From Pristiophorus japonicus (Eukaryota): a stretch of 64,000 nt of DNA. The translations under genes were made by a program, and so were the position numbers. Of the stretch, positions 1-12,000 are shown one piece after another (position 1 is the stretch's first letter; every line of letters starts with the position of its first letter). The notes beneath the pieces are model-generated. The model ran no database searches. It saw only the letters and a list, made by a program, of their open reading frames with translations, and was not told the DNA's origin. Location of the stretch: NCBI RefSeq assembly GCF_044704955.1, contig NC_091985.1:211420001-211484000 (forward strand), read 5' to 3'.

Positions 1-1340
1 GTGAATGTGGGTTTTAGCGCTGTACCTGTCAGTTTGTGTTACATGAGTAAGTGTTCAATCAGTACAATAACTCCCAGTTTCTGGTAAGGGAGTGCATATT
101 TAAGTCTGTATCTATCACTCTCGAGGATGTGTGTGAGAGTTTTATTCTTTATCTGTCAGTCTCTGAGATTTAAGTGTGGTTTTTCTCTATATCTGTCAGT
201 TTCTGGTATATGTATTTGGGTATTATCTGTATGTATCAATCTCGGTGACATGATTGTGTATTTTTGTCTATCTTTCACTCTTTCACTCTCTGGGATGTGA
301 GTGCAGGTTTTATTCTTTATGAGTGTGTGGATTTTACTCTACAGTGGTCATTCTCTGGGATGTGAGTGTGATCTTCACTCTGTATCTATTAGTCTTTGGT
401 GTGAGTATGGGGTTTACTCTGTATCCATCAGTCTATGGTATGAGAGTGTGGGTATTATTCTGTGAATGTCAGTCTATGGTATGTGTATGTGGGGTTTCCT
501 CCTGTCAGTTTCTGTTATGTGAACGTTTTATTCAAGTGTGTGAATGTGGATTTCACTCGGTACCTGTCAGTCTCTTGTGTGTGAGTGTGGCACTTTTTAG
601 CTGTATCTGTCTGTTTCTGTTATGAGTGGGGTTATGTTCTATAGGTCACAGTTTCTGTTATGTGAGTGTGGAGTTTACCACATTCTACCTGTCTGTCACT
701 GGTATGTTAATGTGTGTATGTTTTCTGTACCCGTCAGTTGCTATTATATGAATGTTGATTTCATTCTGTGCCTTTAAGTGTCTGGTACAGCTGTGGTATT
801 GTGGGTTTGACATTGAATCAGTCAGTCACTTTCAGGTGAGTGTTGATTTTGCTCTGTCACTCTCCTGATATGTGTTTTATTCTGTATCTGTCCGTCTCTG
901 AGAAGTGAGTGTGGCTTTCATTCTGTATCTATCAGTTTCTGATATTTGAGTAAGGGTTTTAATCAGTATCTGTAAGATTCTGTTACAGGAGTGTGGTTTT
1001 TAGTCTGTATCTATCAGTCTCTGGAATGTGAGTGTGGGTATTACTCTGTATCTATCAGTCTCTGGAATGTGAGTGTGGGTATTACTCGAGCTATCAGTCT
1101 CTGGAATGTGAGTGTGGGTATTGCTCTGTATCTATCAGTCTCAGGAATGTGAGTGTGGGTATTACTCTATCAGTCTCTGCAATGCAAGAGTGTTTTTTTT
1201 CTGTACCTGTCAGTTTCTGGTGAGTGACTGTGGAGTTCACTCTCTAACTATCTGTCTCTGGTATGTGAGTGTGAGTATTTGTCTGTAGCTGTAAGGGCCT
1301 GGTATGGGAGTGTGGGTTTCACTGTCAGTCAGTCAATCTC
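1..1340 (+). repeat. Degenerate ~41-bp tandem satellite (GT-rich strand)
   Basis: Unit ~GTGAGTGTGGGTTTTATTCTGTACCTGTCAGTTTCTGGTAT; CTATCAGTCT recurs at 1011 and 1052 (period 41). Confidence 0.9.
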
Positions 1341-1349
1341 AGGCACTGG

Positions 1350-3362
1350 AAGTGATTGCGATTCTCTCTCAATCTGTCATTCAATGTGTCTGAGTATATG
1401 AATCATTATGTTTCTCTCAGTCTCTGGTACTGTTTGTGAGTGTGGGATTGATTATGTATCTGTTAGACTGGTGATGTGTGTGTGTGAGATTCATTATGTA
1501 ATTGATAGTCTCTTGTACTGAGCTATTCTTGCTCTGTGTGACTGTTGGATTTGGTTCCTTCTCCACCTGCTGTAGGCGGATGATAGTTTGCGATTATCGA
1601 TGACCGTCTCAGGAGGAGGTTTGGTTCAGTCCATTACCTCCGTTTCTCTGCTCTTGTATGTTAGCTGTTGGGTTTGAGTCATTGTACAGACACGAGTGTG
1701 AATTGACAGTGTGTCAGTGTCTATCTGTTGTGTGTGTGAGTAAGGGAATGAAATTGGATCTGCCTTTCAATGCGATATGATTGGACATTGATTGTACTGC
1801 TCCAAGTGACTGTGGGATTCATAATATAACTCTGGGAATTTGGATCACTGTGGGATTGACAGCTTCTGCTGCCTGTGACAATATGATTGAGTCAGTTCTG
1901 TGTCTCTGCACTCAGTGATAATGTACTTACTGTGTGTGAGAAGGAGCTGCCTGCATTGTTCCTTGTGTTCCGGGTTGAGGAAAGATCAAATTTATTCTGG
2001 CTTGGTGAAGTATTTTGCACTGAGAATAATAATAGGAAAACACTATTAGTTATGATATGGACAGCCAATGGAGAGAATATAAAAATAAAGTTATAATTCA
2101 TGTGTTTGTGTTCAATAAAGTAAAGTATCTGGCGAGAGGAATCTGCGATACAAACAGTGTCATTGTCTGATCTCACTGCAGTACAGCGACACTCAGATTC
2201 CCCACACCAGGTGTATAGGATGGTTCTCTAGAAAGTTATCAGCATCCAGACACAACCCAAACCCAGCACTGGTCCATGAATGGGACCACCCGATGGGCAC
2301 AATTCAGGTTGATATCTCCCGCTTCCATGGGACTACCTGTAAAATTCTGAATTGCTTCCTGAAATATAACCACAGGTACCTGGGCTGTACAACAATTGTT
2401 CTCACTCTATTGAAACAGAGTTAACGGCCTGTGTCATTAACAGAATGTCACAGTTACCAGATACTGATGTATCTGAGGGGGCGATAATGTATCGCTCGAT
2501 CACCAGCAACATGGTTCTGAAGAATTCAATGCACCGAAACAAAATAACCCATTTTTGAAATGTCTCCGATCACATTCCTCTTCTGGTGCCTGCAATAGAT
2601 GCACTTTGTGACACTCCTCACATCCTCACTCTCAGGCTGTGATTCCACTGTTCAATGTCCAAGAACAACAGGCACTGTGAGATTGGAACTGAATCAGCAA
2701 CATTCACTACTGATTTGGGGAAAGAAAGCAACAATGATTTGAAAGAGCAAGGTGATTTACTTTCTCTGTTACCTTACACCGTACACACACAGCCCGAGAA
2801 TGGGCTCCCCCTTCCCCCACTCACTCCATGTTCCAGAACTAGTTCCTACTCCACTCTGCCTCTTACAAACAGCCCCCGACTGCCGCTGAACTTACCCCGA
2901 CTCAAAGCCCATCTGCGGACACAATTCCAATGTGATGAGCTGCTGTAAGGAGGCTGTTTGCTCCCTTACTCGGGCCTGGATATCTCCGCTCCCTGATGTG
3001 TTCAACTATCATCAGCACAGCACAGAGGAAACGGCAGCCGCTGACAGAGCTGGAGGAGGGGAGCTCGCATGGGCCCTTCCTATCAGTTTAAACACTGTGT
3101 GCGGAGGGGAGGAGCAGCATGTATTTAGCGTATGCTCAGACCATCTTTTTGTCACAAATTAAATTAGCAAAAATGGGATTGTTTCACAAGTTGCTTTATC
3201 ACTAATTACATGGGCCACATTGAAAAAACGATTGTGAGAGCCTGACATTGGAGAAAGGGTGCCTAAACTGTTCTACTCGTTCCATCAGTCTCTGGTGTGT
3301 GTGTGTTTCCCCGTCAGTTTCCAATAGGCGAGTATGGGTTTTACTTGCATATTATTGCTCAG
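1350..3362 (-). repeat. Segmental duplication module, copy A (non-coding, splice-site-bearing)
   Basis: Colinear with the reverse complement of 47198-50270 and 52855-54110, and with a diverged copy at 6100-7490. Minus-strand donors GTAAGG (2964-2969) and GTAAGT (1925-1930); acceptor AG at 2020-2021. Confidence 0.85.
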
Positions 3363-4490
3363 ATACGTGGGTGTGGGTTTCATACTGTACCTGTCAGTTT
3401 CTGCTATGTGAATGTGGGATTTATTCTGTACCTGTCAAGTTTTGATGCGAGTGTAGGTTTTATTCTGTATCTGTCAGTTTCTGGTATCCAAGCGAATCTT
3501 TATCTGTACCTGTCAGTTTCTGTTATGTGAGTGTGTGTTTTATCATGTACCTGTCAGTTTCTGTTATGTGAGTGTGTCCTTTAACCTATATCATCAGCTT
3601 CTGGTATGAGTGGATATTGACCAGTATGTCAATTTTTCGGATCGGAGTGTGGATTTTATTATGTACCTATCAGATTCCGGTATGATAGTATGGGGTTGAA
3701 TCGGTACCTGTCAGTTTCTGATATGTGACTGTGGTTTTAATCTGTACCAGTCACTTTCTGGTATCTAAGTGAGGATTGCATTCTGTACCGTCAGTTTCTG
3801 GAATCTGAGTGTTGATTGTATTCTGTACCTGTCAGTTTCTGCTTTGTGAATGTGGGTTTTATTCTGTACTTGTCAGTTCCTGCTGTGTGAGTGTAGGAAT
3901 TAATATGTACCTGTCAGTTTCTGGGATGTGATTGTGGTTTTTTTTCTGTACCGTCAGTTTGTGGTAGATGTGTGGGGTGTCAGTTTCTGGTATCTGAGTG
4001 TGGATTCATTGAGCTCCTGTTTACTGCCCGATGCTATTTCCAAAACAACGGGGAAGAACAGTCCCTGGATCTGGGAACTTGAGGAGGCCTTTCAGCACAT
4101 GGAACCTGTTAGAGGAACATGTCAGTTTGTGCAATGTGAATGTGGGATTCATTATGGATCTCTCATTCTGGGGTAAGCAAGTGTGTGTTTCCTCTGTACC
4201 TGTTAGTTTCTGGTATGAGAGTGTGGGATTTATTCTGTACCTGTCAGTTTCTGGTATGAGAGAGTGGGGTTTATCCTACATTTGTGAAATTTACAGATCA
4301 GAGATGACCCCAACAGACAATAGTTTTGCACATTATATTGGACGAATGCGATTCAGAAATATTTGGAGTAGAGACAAGCTATTAGTGCATAATATAAACG
4401 ATATCTCTCAGTGATGCAGTGAGTGTGGGATTCACTCTGTATCTGTCAGTCTGTGGTACAGTGAGTGAGTGTTCGATTCACTCTGTATCT
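3363..4490 (+). repeat. 41-bp satellite array with short unique inserts
   Basis: Repeated TTTATTCTGTACCTGTCAGTTTCTG; interrupted at ~4008-4119 and ~4280-4410. Confidence 0.85.
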
Positions 4491-4877
4491 GTCATAAATG
4501 CAAGTGTTTGTTGTTGCTGTAGAAATGAAGATTTTCAGTTACTTACGTGGTTAACATTTAAGCAGAAGAAAATGTCAGAAGCAGCCTCTTGGATAACAGT
4601 CGGGAAAGTGCTGTTACTGGTGAGATCACGATTTGCTTGATGCAAACTTGGCTAATAACCCTAGAGGTGATGGAAAAGAAAGCAACATTTTGGGACGTTT
4701 GAGCGAGATGATAAAACATAATCAGCGTGAGGAGAACCGATCAGAGAGCTGGTGCACAAGAAGCATTGAGCTTCTGTTTACTGCCCGATGCTATTTCCAA
4801 AACAACAGGGAAGAACAGTCCCTGGATCTGGGAACTTGAGGAGGCCTTTCAGCACATGGAACCTGTTAGAGGAACAG

Positions 4878-5035
4878 AACTCCCTCCCTAACAGCACTGT
4901 GGGAGTACCATCATCACACGGACTGCAGCCGTTGATGAAGGTGGCTCACCATCATCTTCTCCAGGGCAATTAGGGATGGGCAATAAATGCTGGCCTTACC
5001 AGCAACACCGACATCCAGTGAACAAATTTAAAAAA
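4878..5035 (+). mobile_element. LINE 3' end fragment (same family as 32380-33085)
   Basis: GAACTCCCTCCCTAACAGCACTGTGGG...GGGCAATAAATGCTGGCC...A-rich tail; the reverse-complement match lies at 32380-32500. Confidence 0.6.
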
Positions 5036-5039
5036 GGCA

Positions 5040-6050
5040 AATCATCCCTTCGAGCGTGTTACATACAGAACAGGAGGAGGCCCATTCAGTCCCTGGGTCC
5101 TGTTACATAGGAACAGTCAGCCATTCTGCCCCTCGACTCTGTTACATTAGGAACTGGAGTGGGCCATTCAGCCCTGGAGTCTGCTTTACAGGAATAGATG
5201 GACACCATTCAGCCCCTCAAACCTGTTATAAATGAATAGGAGGCCCTTTAGACCCTCGTGTTTGTTGCATTGAAACAGGAGGTGAGCATTCAGCACCTCA
5301 GCCTTGCGAAAAGGAATTAGTGGTGGCAATGCATCGACTGGATACTGTTACATAGGAATAGAGGAGGCCATTCATCCTCTGGAGCCTTTTACTTTCGAAC
5401 AGGAGGATGCCATTCAGCCGCCTCGAGCCTTTCACATCGCAACAGGAGCAGGCCATTCAGACCTTCAAGCATGTTACGTAGGAACTGGAGGAGGCTATTC
5501 ACCCCCTCCGAGAAAGTTCTAGGAACTGGAGGGGGCCATTCTACTCCTCGAGCCTGTTACATTAGGAACTGGAGAGAGTCATTCAGCCATTGGAGTTAGA
5601 AAGCAATAGGAGGAAGCAATTCTGCCCCTCAGGTCTGTTACATTATGAATAGGACAAGGACATTCATCCCCTCGGAACTGTTTCATGGGAACAGGAGAAG
5701 GGCATTCAGCCCCTCGAGCTTGTAACATTGGAACTGGAGGAGGCCATTCAGCCCCTGGAGTCTGTTACACAAGAAGTGGCTTTTCAGCCCCTGGAACCTG
5801 TTACATAAGAACTAAAGGAGGCTATTCATCCCATTCTAGTCTGATACATAGGTACTGGGGAAGGTCATTCTGCACCTAGAGCTTGTTACATATGAATAGG
5901 AGGAAGTCTTTAAGAACCTCGTGCTTATTACATTAAGAACACGAGAAGGTTACTCAGTATCTCCAGTCTGTTACACTAGCAACAGGAGGTGGCCATCAGC
6001 CCCCTCAGGCCTGTTGCACAGGAATAGAAGGAAGCCATTCAGCACCATAA
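5040..6050 (-). repeat. ~42-bp tandem satellite derived from the CR1 3' terminus
   Basis: Unit ~CTGTTACATAGGAACTGGAGGAGGCCATTCAGCCCCTCGAGC matches the CR1 tail reverse complement, e.g. 45061 ATAGGAACAGGAGTAGGCCATTGAGCCCCTCAAGCCTGTT. Roughly 24 diverged units. Confidence 0.8.
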
Positions 6051-6099
6051 ACATATTTAATTTGGATAACCTGTCTGTGTATCCGCGCACTATGATCGG

Positions 6100-7490
6100 T
6101 ACCGTACCTACTGTGTGTGAGAAGGGGCTGGTTGCACTGTTCTTTATGTCTCAGGTGGTGGAAACTTCACATTTGTTCCGGTTCCTTCAATTCCTTGCCT
6201 GTAGGAGGAGAAGGTATCTCTGATCATTCAAGAATAAGAGAGGTAGAAAAGACTAAAGTGATGAATGTAATCGTTCAATTAGTAATCATTATGAACATTC
6301 ACAAAGGAAAGCCAGCGAGACAAACAGTGTCAGTGTCTGACTCCACTGCAGTACTCAGCTTCTGCACACCAAGTGTGTTGGGCAGATTTACAGCAATTTA
6401 CTGACATCCAGACACAACCCAATCCCTGCCCTGCTTCAGGAATGGGACGACCCGATGGAGCACGGACCTTTACACAGTTCAGATTGCTGCTCCCCTCATC
6501 AGGGCACTAACCGTTCAACCAAAAATAAAGAGCCGCTGTTTAAAACGTGTCCTTCACATTTCTCACCCGGTGCCTGCAATAGATGCTCCTTGTATAAATC
6601 CTCAGTGTCCGGCTCTGCTTCCACTGCTCACTGTCCAATGATCATCATCATAGGCAGTCCCTCGGAATCGAGGAAGACTTGCTTCCACTCCTGAAGTGAG
6701 TTCTTTGGTTGCTGAACAGTCCAATACGAGAGCCAGAGTCCCTGTCACAGATGGGGCAGATAGTCGTTGAGGGAAGTGGGGTGGGGGGGCGGAACTGGTT
6801 TGCCGCACGCTCTTTCCGCTGCCTGCGCGTGATTTCTGAAGGCTCTTGGCGATGAGACTCGTGGTGCTCAGTGCACTCCCAGATGCACTTCCTTCACTTA
6901 GGGCAGTCTTGGGCCAGGGCCTCCCAGGTGTCAGTGGGGATGTCGCACTTTATCAGGGAGCCTTTGAGGGTGTCCTTGTAATGTTTCCTCTGCCCACCTT
7001 TGGTTCGTTTGAGTTGAAGGAGTTCCGAGTAGAGCACTTGCTTTGGGAGTCTCTGACAACAAACACTGAGACTGGAACTAAAGCAGGAACGTTCACTACT
7101 GGTTTGCAGGGAGAAAGCAGGAATGATTGTAAACAGCAGATCCTTCCCATTCTGTCTCCCTTACCTGGGACACACGCTGTCCACACACAGCCCAAGAATG
7201 GCCTCTCCCTTCCCCCACTCACTCCACGCACTGAGACCAGTTATTGCTCCACTCCGCCTGTTACACACAACCCCCGACTCCCCCTGAACTTCGCCTGAAC
7301 TCAGTGCCGATCTCTGAGCCCATCTGCGGACACGCTCCCAAAGCGATGTGCTGCTGTAAGGAGGCTGCTGCTCGCTGCCTTACCCCGGGGCCGCGGTGTC
7401 TCCATTCCCAGCTGTTTAAACCATCTTCTTCCGCTCACTGAGTGAATGGCGCTCACAGGCAGGGCTGGAGGAGGGGAGGGCGCATGTGCT
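6100..7490 (-). repeat. Segmental duplication module, copy B (diverged, contains RTE insertion)
   Basis: Matches copy A blocks (CTGTGTGTGAGAAGG, CATCCAGACACAACCCAA, CACACACAGCCC, GCTGCTGTAAGGAGGCTG). Donor at 7378-7383; 87-bp exon-like segment 6112-6198. Confidence 0.75.
6641..7051 (-). mobile_element. RTE-clade LINE, 3' fragment
   Basis: Minus strand reads RLPKQVLYSELLQLKRTKGGQRKHYKDTLKGSL...CPICDRDSGSRIGLFSNQRTH and ends in an (ATG)n tail. It is absent from the paralogous position in copy A (~2660). Confidence 0.85.
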
Positions 7491-7560
7491 CTTCTGCTTC
7501 CTGGAAATCCACTCAAGGGACGGGGCTGATCCGCGCATGCGCAGTCTATAATCAGCAAAG
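7440..7560. promoter_or_regulatory. GC-rich promoter-like segment with NRF1-type motifs
   Basis: GCGCATGCGC at 7533-7542 and GCGCATGTGC at 7480-7489, just upstream of the minus-strand donor at 7378-7383. Confidence 0.5.
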
Positions 7561-8190
7561 TGAACTTTCCCAATTCACGTTAATCAGAATATGAGCAAAG
7601 GAACTGGGCCTGGGGAGCAAGGACAGAGATTGTTTAAAGTCCCTTTGGGATGCTCAATTTGGGATCATTCCGTGCACATTGTTTTTCTATTCATGAGCCT
7701 GTCCTCACAAATCAATCCTGCTGAAACATCGGAGGGACGAGGGAGCAGGAGTGTTTGCTGGGACCGTGCAGCAGTTAATATCTGACAGAAACAGTCCCAG
7801 ATTAATTTAATCAGAGTGAAACACTGGGTCACAGAGTAATACCGAACGGCCCTGAGCTGCAAGATTACAGAGAGTACAACAGGCAAGCGAGGGTTAAATG
7901 TGAGACGTTGTTTTTTTCACTCTCTGACACTGTCCCGCAGTGTGGGATTAATAATGTGTCTGTCTGTAGTACAATTATCAGTGAGAGACTTTAACTTCTG
8001 TCCCTCCAATGGGGACTTTCAGGATAAAAGCAGACTTCACAGGTCAGTCTGGAACTGATACTGTGCATGTTTCTGTGTCTCACCGTCCTGCCTCGATTTC
8101 GATCTCTCTCTCTCGATCTCGTACTATTTGTGAAGGCGGGATACTGTTATTTCACGTGATGTGGACACACTTGTGAGTACAACACTGGCA

Positions 8191-8637
8191 CATAGAAACA
8201 TAGAAAATAGGTGCAGGAGTAGGCCATTCAGCCCTTCGAGCCTGCACCGCCATTCAATGAGTTCATGACTGAACATGCAACTTCAGTACCCCATTCCTGC
8301 TTTCTCGCCATACCCCTTGATCCCCCTGGTAGTAAGGACTACATCTAACTCCTTTTTGAATATATTTAGTGAATTGGCCTCAACAACTTTCTGTGGTAGA
8401 GAATTCCACAGGTTCACCATCTCTGGGTGAAGAAGTTTCTCCTCATCTCAGTCCTAAATGGCTTACCCCTTATCCTTAGACTGTGACCCCTGGCTCTAGA
8501 CTTCCCCAACATTGGGAACATTCTTCCTGCATCTAACCTGTATAAACCCGTCAGAATTTTGAACGTTTCTATGAGATCCCTTCTCATTCTTCTGAACTCC
8601 AGTGAATACAAGCCCAGTTGATCCAGTCTTTCTTATG
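8191..8637 (-). mobile_element. CR1 LINE 3' fragment
   Basis: ORF 8414-8611 LEFRRMRRDLIETFKIL...FRTEMRRNFFTQR; (CATAGAAA)n tail. Confidence 0.92.
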
Positions 8638-9002
8638 TCAGACACTGTTTCTCTCTTTGGTGCTATACATGACAGTGTGGCACTGTTACTGAGCGTAATA
8701 TGGAGACATTGATGCCAAGTGTAAGACTGATAATGTGTGTGCTCTCTCCCCCCACTGGTGTTATACATGAATGTGTGATACTAGTATTGACCCTAATATG
8801 TAGACACAGTTCGGGTGTTTAAGGCTGATACTATGCCTGTCTCTCTGCCGCTCACTCTGATAGCCATCTCTGGGTGATGAGGATGGGATGGATAGATCAC
8901 TGTTAAATGTCCCTCAGTTTTGGAGGAGAGACAGAGAGAGGCTGGTAGGGCGGTGAACACAATTAATATTTTCACGTTAATCAAACATATTTGCATATAT
9001 GA

Positions 9003-10287
9003 AGGGGAAGTAATGTTTGACAAATTTGCTAGAATTCTTTGAGGATGTAACGAGAAGGGTGGATTAAAGGGAACCAGTGGATGTGATGTATTTGGACTTC
9101 CAGAAGGCATTTGACAAGGTGCCACATAAAACATTACTGAACAAGATAAAAGTTCACGGTGTTGGGGTAATATATTAGCATGGATAGAGGCTTGGCTAAC
9201 TAACAGAAAACAGAGTTGGGATAAATAGTTCATGCTCTGGTTGGCAATCAGTAACCAGTGGCGTGCCGCAGGGATCAGTGCTGGGACCCCAACTATTTAC
9301 AATCTATATTAACAACTTGGAAGAAAGGACCAAGTGTAACGTAGCCAAGATTGCTGATGATACAAAGATGGGAGGAAAAGCAATGTGTGAGGAGGACACA
9401 AAAAAATCTGCAAAAGGACATAGACAGGCTAAGTAAGTGGGCAAAAATTTGGCAGATGGAGTATAATGTTGGAAATTGTGAAGTCATGCACTTTGGCAGA
9501 AAAAAAATCAAAAAGAGCAAGTTATTTTATAAATGGAGAAAAATTGCAAAGTGCTGCAGTACAGCAGGACCTGGGGGTACTTGTTCATGAAACACAAAAG
9601 TTTAGTATGCAGGTACAGCAAGTAATCAGGAAGGCCAATGGAATCTTGGCCTTTATTGCAAAGGGGATGGAGTATAAAAGTAGAGAAGTCTTGCTACAGT
9701 CCTACAGGGTATTGGTGAGGCCACACCTGGAATACTGCATATAGTTTTGGTTTCCTTATTTATGAAAGGATATACTTGCTTTGGAGGCTGTTCAGAGAAG
9801 ATTCACGAGGTTGATTCCGGAGATGAGGGGGTTGACTTATGAGGAAAGGATGAGTAGGTTGAGCCTCGACTCATTGGAAGTCAGAAGATTGAAAGGTGAT
9901 CTTATCGAAACCTATAAGATTATGAGGGGGCTTGACAAGATGGATGCAGAGAGGATGTTTCCACTGATAGGGGAGACTAGAACTAGGGGGCATAATCTTA
10001 GAATAAGGGGCCACCCATTTAAAACAGAGATGAGGAGAAATTTCCTCTGAGGGTTGTAAATCTGTGGAATTCACTGCCTCAGAGAGCTGTGAAAGCTGGG
10101 ACATTGAATAAATTTAAAACAGAGATAGACAGTTTCTTAACCGAGAAGGGAATAAGGGGTTATGGGGAGCGGGCAGGGAATTAAACCAGAGTCCATGATC
10201 AGATCAGCCATGATCGTATTAAATGGCGGAGCAGGCTCGAGGGGCCTCATGGCCATACATTTGCTCCTATTTCTTACGTTCTTATGT
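9003..10287 (+). mobile_element. CR1 LINE, 5'-truncated RT region
   Basis: [28 protein letters not shown] and RPHLEYC motifs across frameshifted ORFs; CR1 3' tail. Confidence 0.93.
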
Positions 10288-10806
10288 AAATTTGAGGTCA
10301 TCCAAAACTCGGCAGCCCATGTCCTAACTTGCACCAAGTCCCGATCACCCATCACCCCCGTGCTCGCTGACCTACATTGGCTCCCAGTTAAGCAATGCCT
10401 CGATTTCAAAATTCTCATCCTTGTTTACAAATCCCTCCATGGCCTCACCCCTTCCAATCTCTAATCTGTAATCTCTTTCAGCCTCACAATGCCATGTGAT
10501 GTCTGCGTTCCTCAAAATTGGCCCTCGAGCATTCCTGATTAGAACTGTTCAACATCGGTGGCTATGCCTTCAGCTGCCTGGGCCCTAAGCTCTGGAACTC
10601 CCTCCCTAAGCCTCTCTGCCTCTGGACATTTCTTTCCCCCTTTAAGATGCCCCTTAAAGCTACTCTTTGACCAGATTTTGGTCATCTGCTGTAATTTCTT
10701 CTTTTGTGGCTAGGTGTCAAATTTATTTGCTTTGTCTTATAACACTGAAGTGCCTTGGGACATTTTACTATGTTAAAAGCGGTATATAAATAAAGTTGTT
10801 GTTGTT
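10288..10806 (+). mobile_element. L2-clade LINE 3' fragment
   Basis: QNSAAHVLT...ITPVLADLHWLPVKQCLDFKILILVYKSLHGL; ends TATATAAATAAAGTTGTTGTTG. Confidence 0.85.
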
Positions 10807-11044
10807 GAAAGCAATGGGAGCTCATACAACCAGAGCTCCCATTATTATCAATGAGAATACTAGATGTCCATTGGTGGTCCGGGTCCACGTGATCCTAGGA
10901 TACAAATACATACCTGGAAGACATGTTCCTGTACACTGCACTACGAAACTCAGACTCCGACCACAATCCTATGTTCCTCTGAGACCACCAGGCAATTTTT
11001 TTTAAAATTCTGGTCAGATGCGGTCACCCAAAAGAAGCTTCCAA

Positions 11045-11625
11045 CCACAATTTTCCACCCAAAGTATTTGTTTAATTTCTTTGCCATTTCCTCGTTCTGC
11101 ATTATAATTTCTCAGCCTGTAGGGGACTCACATTTACTTTTGCTAATTTTTCCTTTTTAACATACCTACAAAAGGATTTACATTCTGTTTTTATGTCTCT
11201 CGCTAGTTTACTCTCATTTTCTATTTCCCCTTTCTTGATCAGTTTCTTGGTCCTCCTTTGCTGAATTCTAAAATGCTCCCAATCCCCAGGCTTACTGCTC
11301 TTTTTGGAAACATTATAAGCTTCTTCCTTTGATCTAAAACTATCTTTAACTTCACTTCTTAGTCACGGTTGGACCATCTTTCCTGTGGGGGTCTTGTGCC
11401 TTAAAAGGAATGTAATTATTGTAAATTATGTATTAATTCTTTAAAGCAAGCCATTGCTTATCTATCTTGATACCTCTTAATGTAATTTCCGAATCTATCT
11501 TAGCCAACTCACCCCTCATACCTAAAAAGTTTGCTTTGTTTAAATTTAAGACCCCAGTTTCAGATTTAACAAAATCACTTTCAAACTTAATGTAACATTT
11601 TATCATATTATGGTCATTCTTCCGT
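11045..11625 (-). mobile_element. CR1 internal fragment (EN-RT linker region)
   Basis: Reverse complement resembles 28250-28760 (GAGTAAACTAGC, GAATTTAGAATTCAG-type segments). Confidence 0.6.
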
Positions 11626-11704
11626 TGCCAGCACGTCCCATGTACAAATAAACAAAATAAACAAAACTCACTGTTAAAAGTTGTTGCTGTTAATAATCAC
11701 AAAT

Positions 11705-12000
11705 CACTTTTTACAAATCACTCCAGGGCCTCGCCCCTCCCGATCTCGGGAATCTGTTGCAGCCCAAAAGATGTCTGCACTCCTCAAATTCTGCCCTTTT
11801 GACCATCCCTGATTATAATCGCTCCACCATCGGTGTCCGGCCCTTCAGCTGCCTGGACCCCGAGTTCTGGAACTCCCTCCCTAAACCTCTCCGCCTCTTT
11901 CCTACTTTCAGACCCTCCTTAAAACCTACCTCTTTGACCCAGCTTTTGGTCATCTGCCGCAATTTCTTCTTCTGTGGCTCGGTGTCAAATGTATGTTTTG
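11705..12000 (+). mobile_element. L2 3' fragment
   Basis: Similar to 10420-10730 (CCTTCAGCTGCCTGG...CTGGAACTCCCTCCCTAA). Confidence 0.8.

Noticed and set aside
2150-2330. snoRNA or miRNA in module introns (hairpin CATCGGG..CCCA..TGGG..GATG; TGATGA at 47582)
   Set aside because: No consistent C/D or H/ACA box pair across the four copies; cannot be supported without an Rfam search.
2655-2948. Similar ORF MSKNNRHCEIGTES... at 2655 and 47669
   Set aside because: Explained by recent duplication; disrupted in copies B and D, and antisense to the splice signals.
323-4640. Cys/Val/Ser-rich ORFs in the GT-rich satellite (also 46795-47328, 50445-51768)
   Set aside because: Translations of the 41-bp repeat; no domain, and frames shift every unit.
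8989-8996. Octamer ATTTGCAT as snRNA/H2B promoter remnant
   Set aside because: Isolated 8-mer abutting a CR1, with no associated gene.
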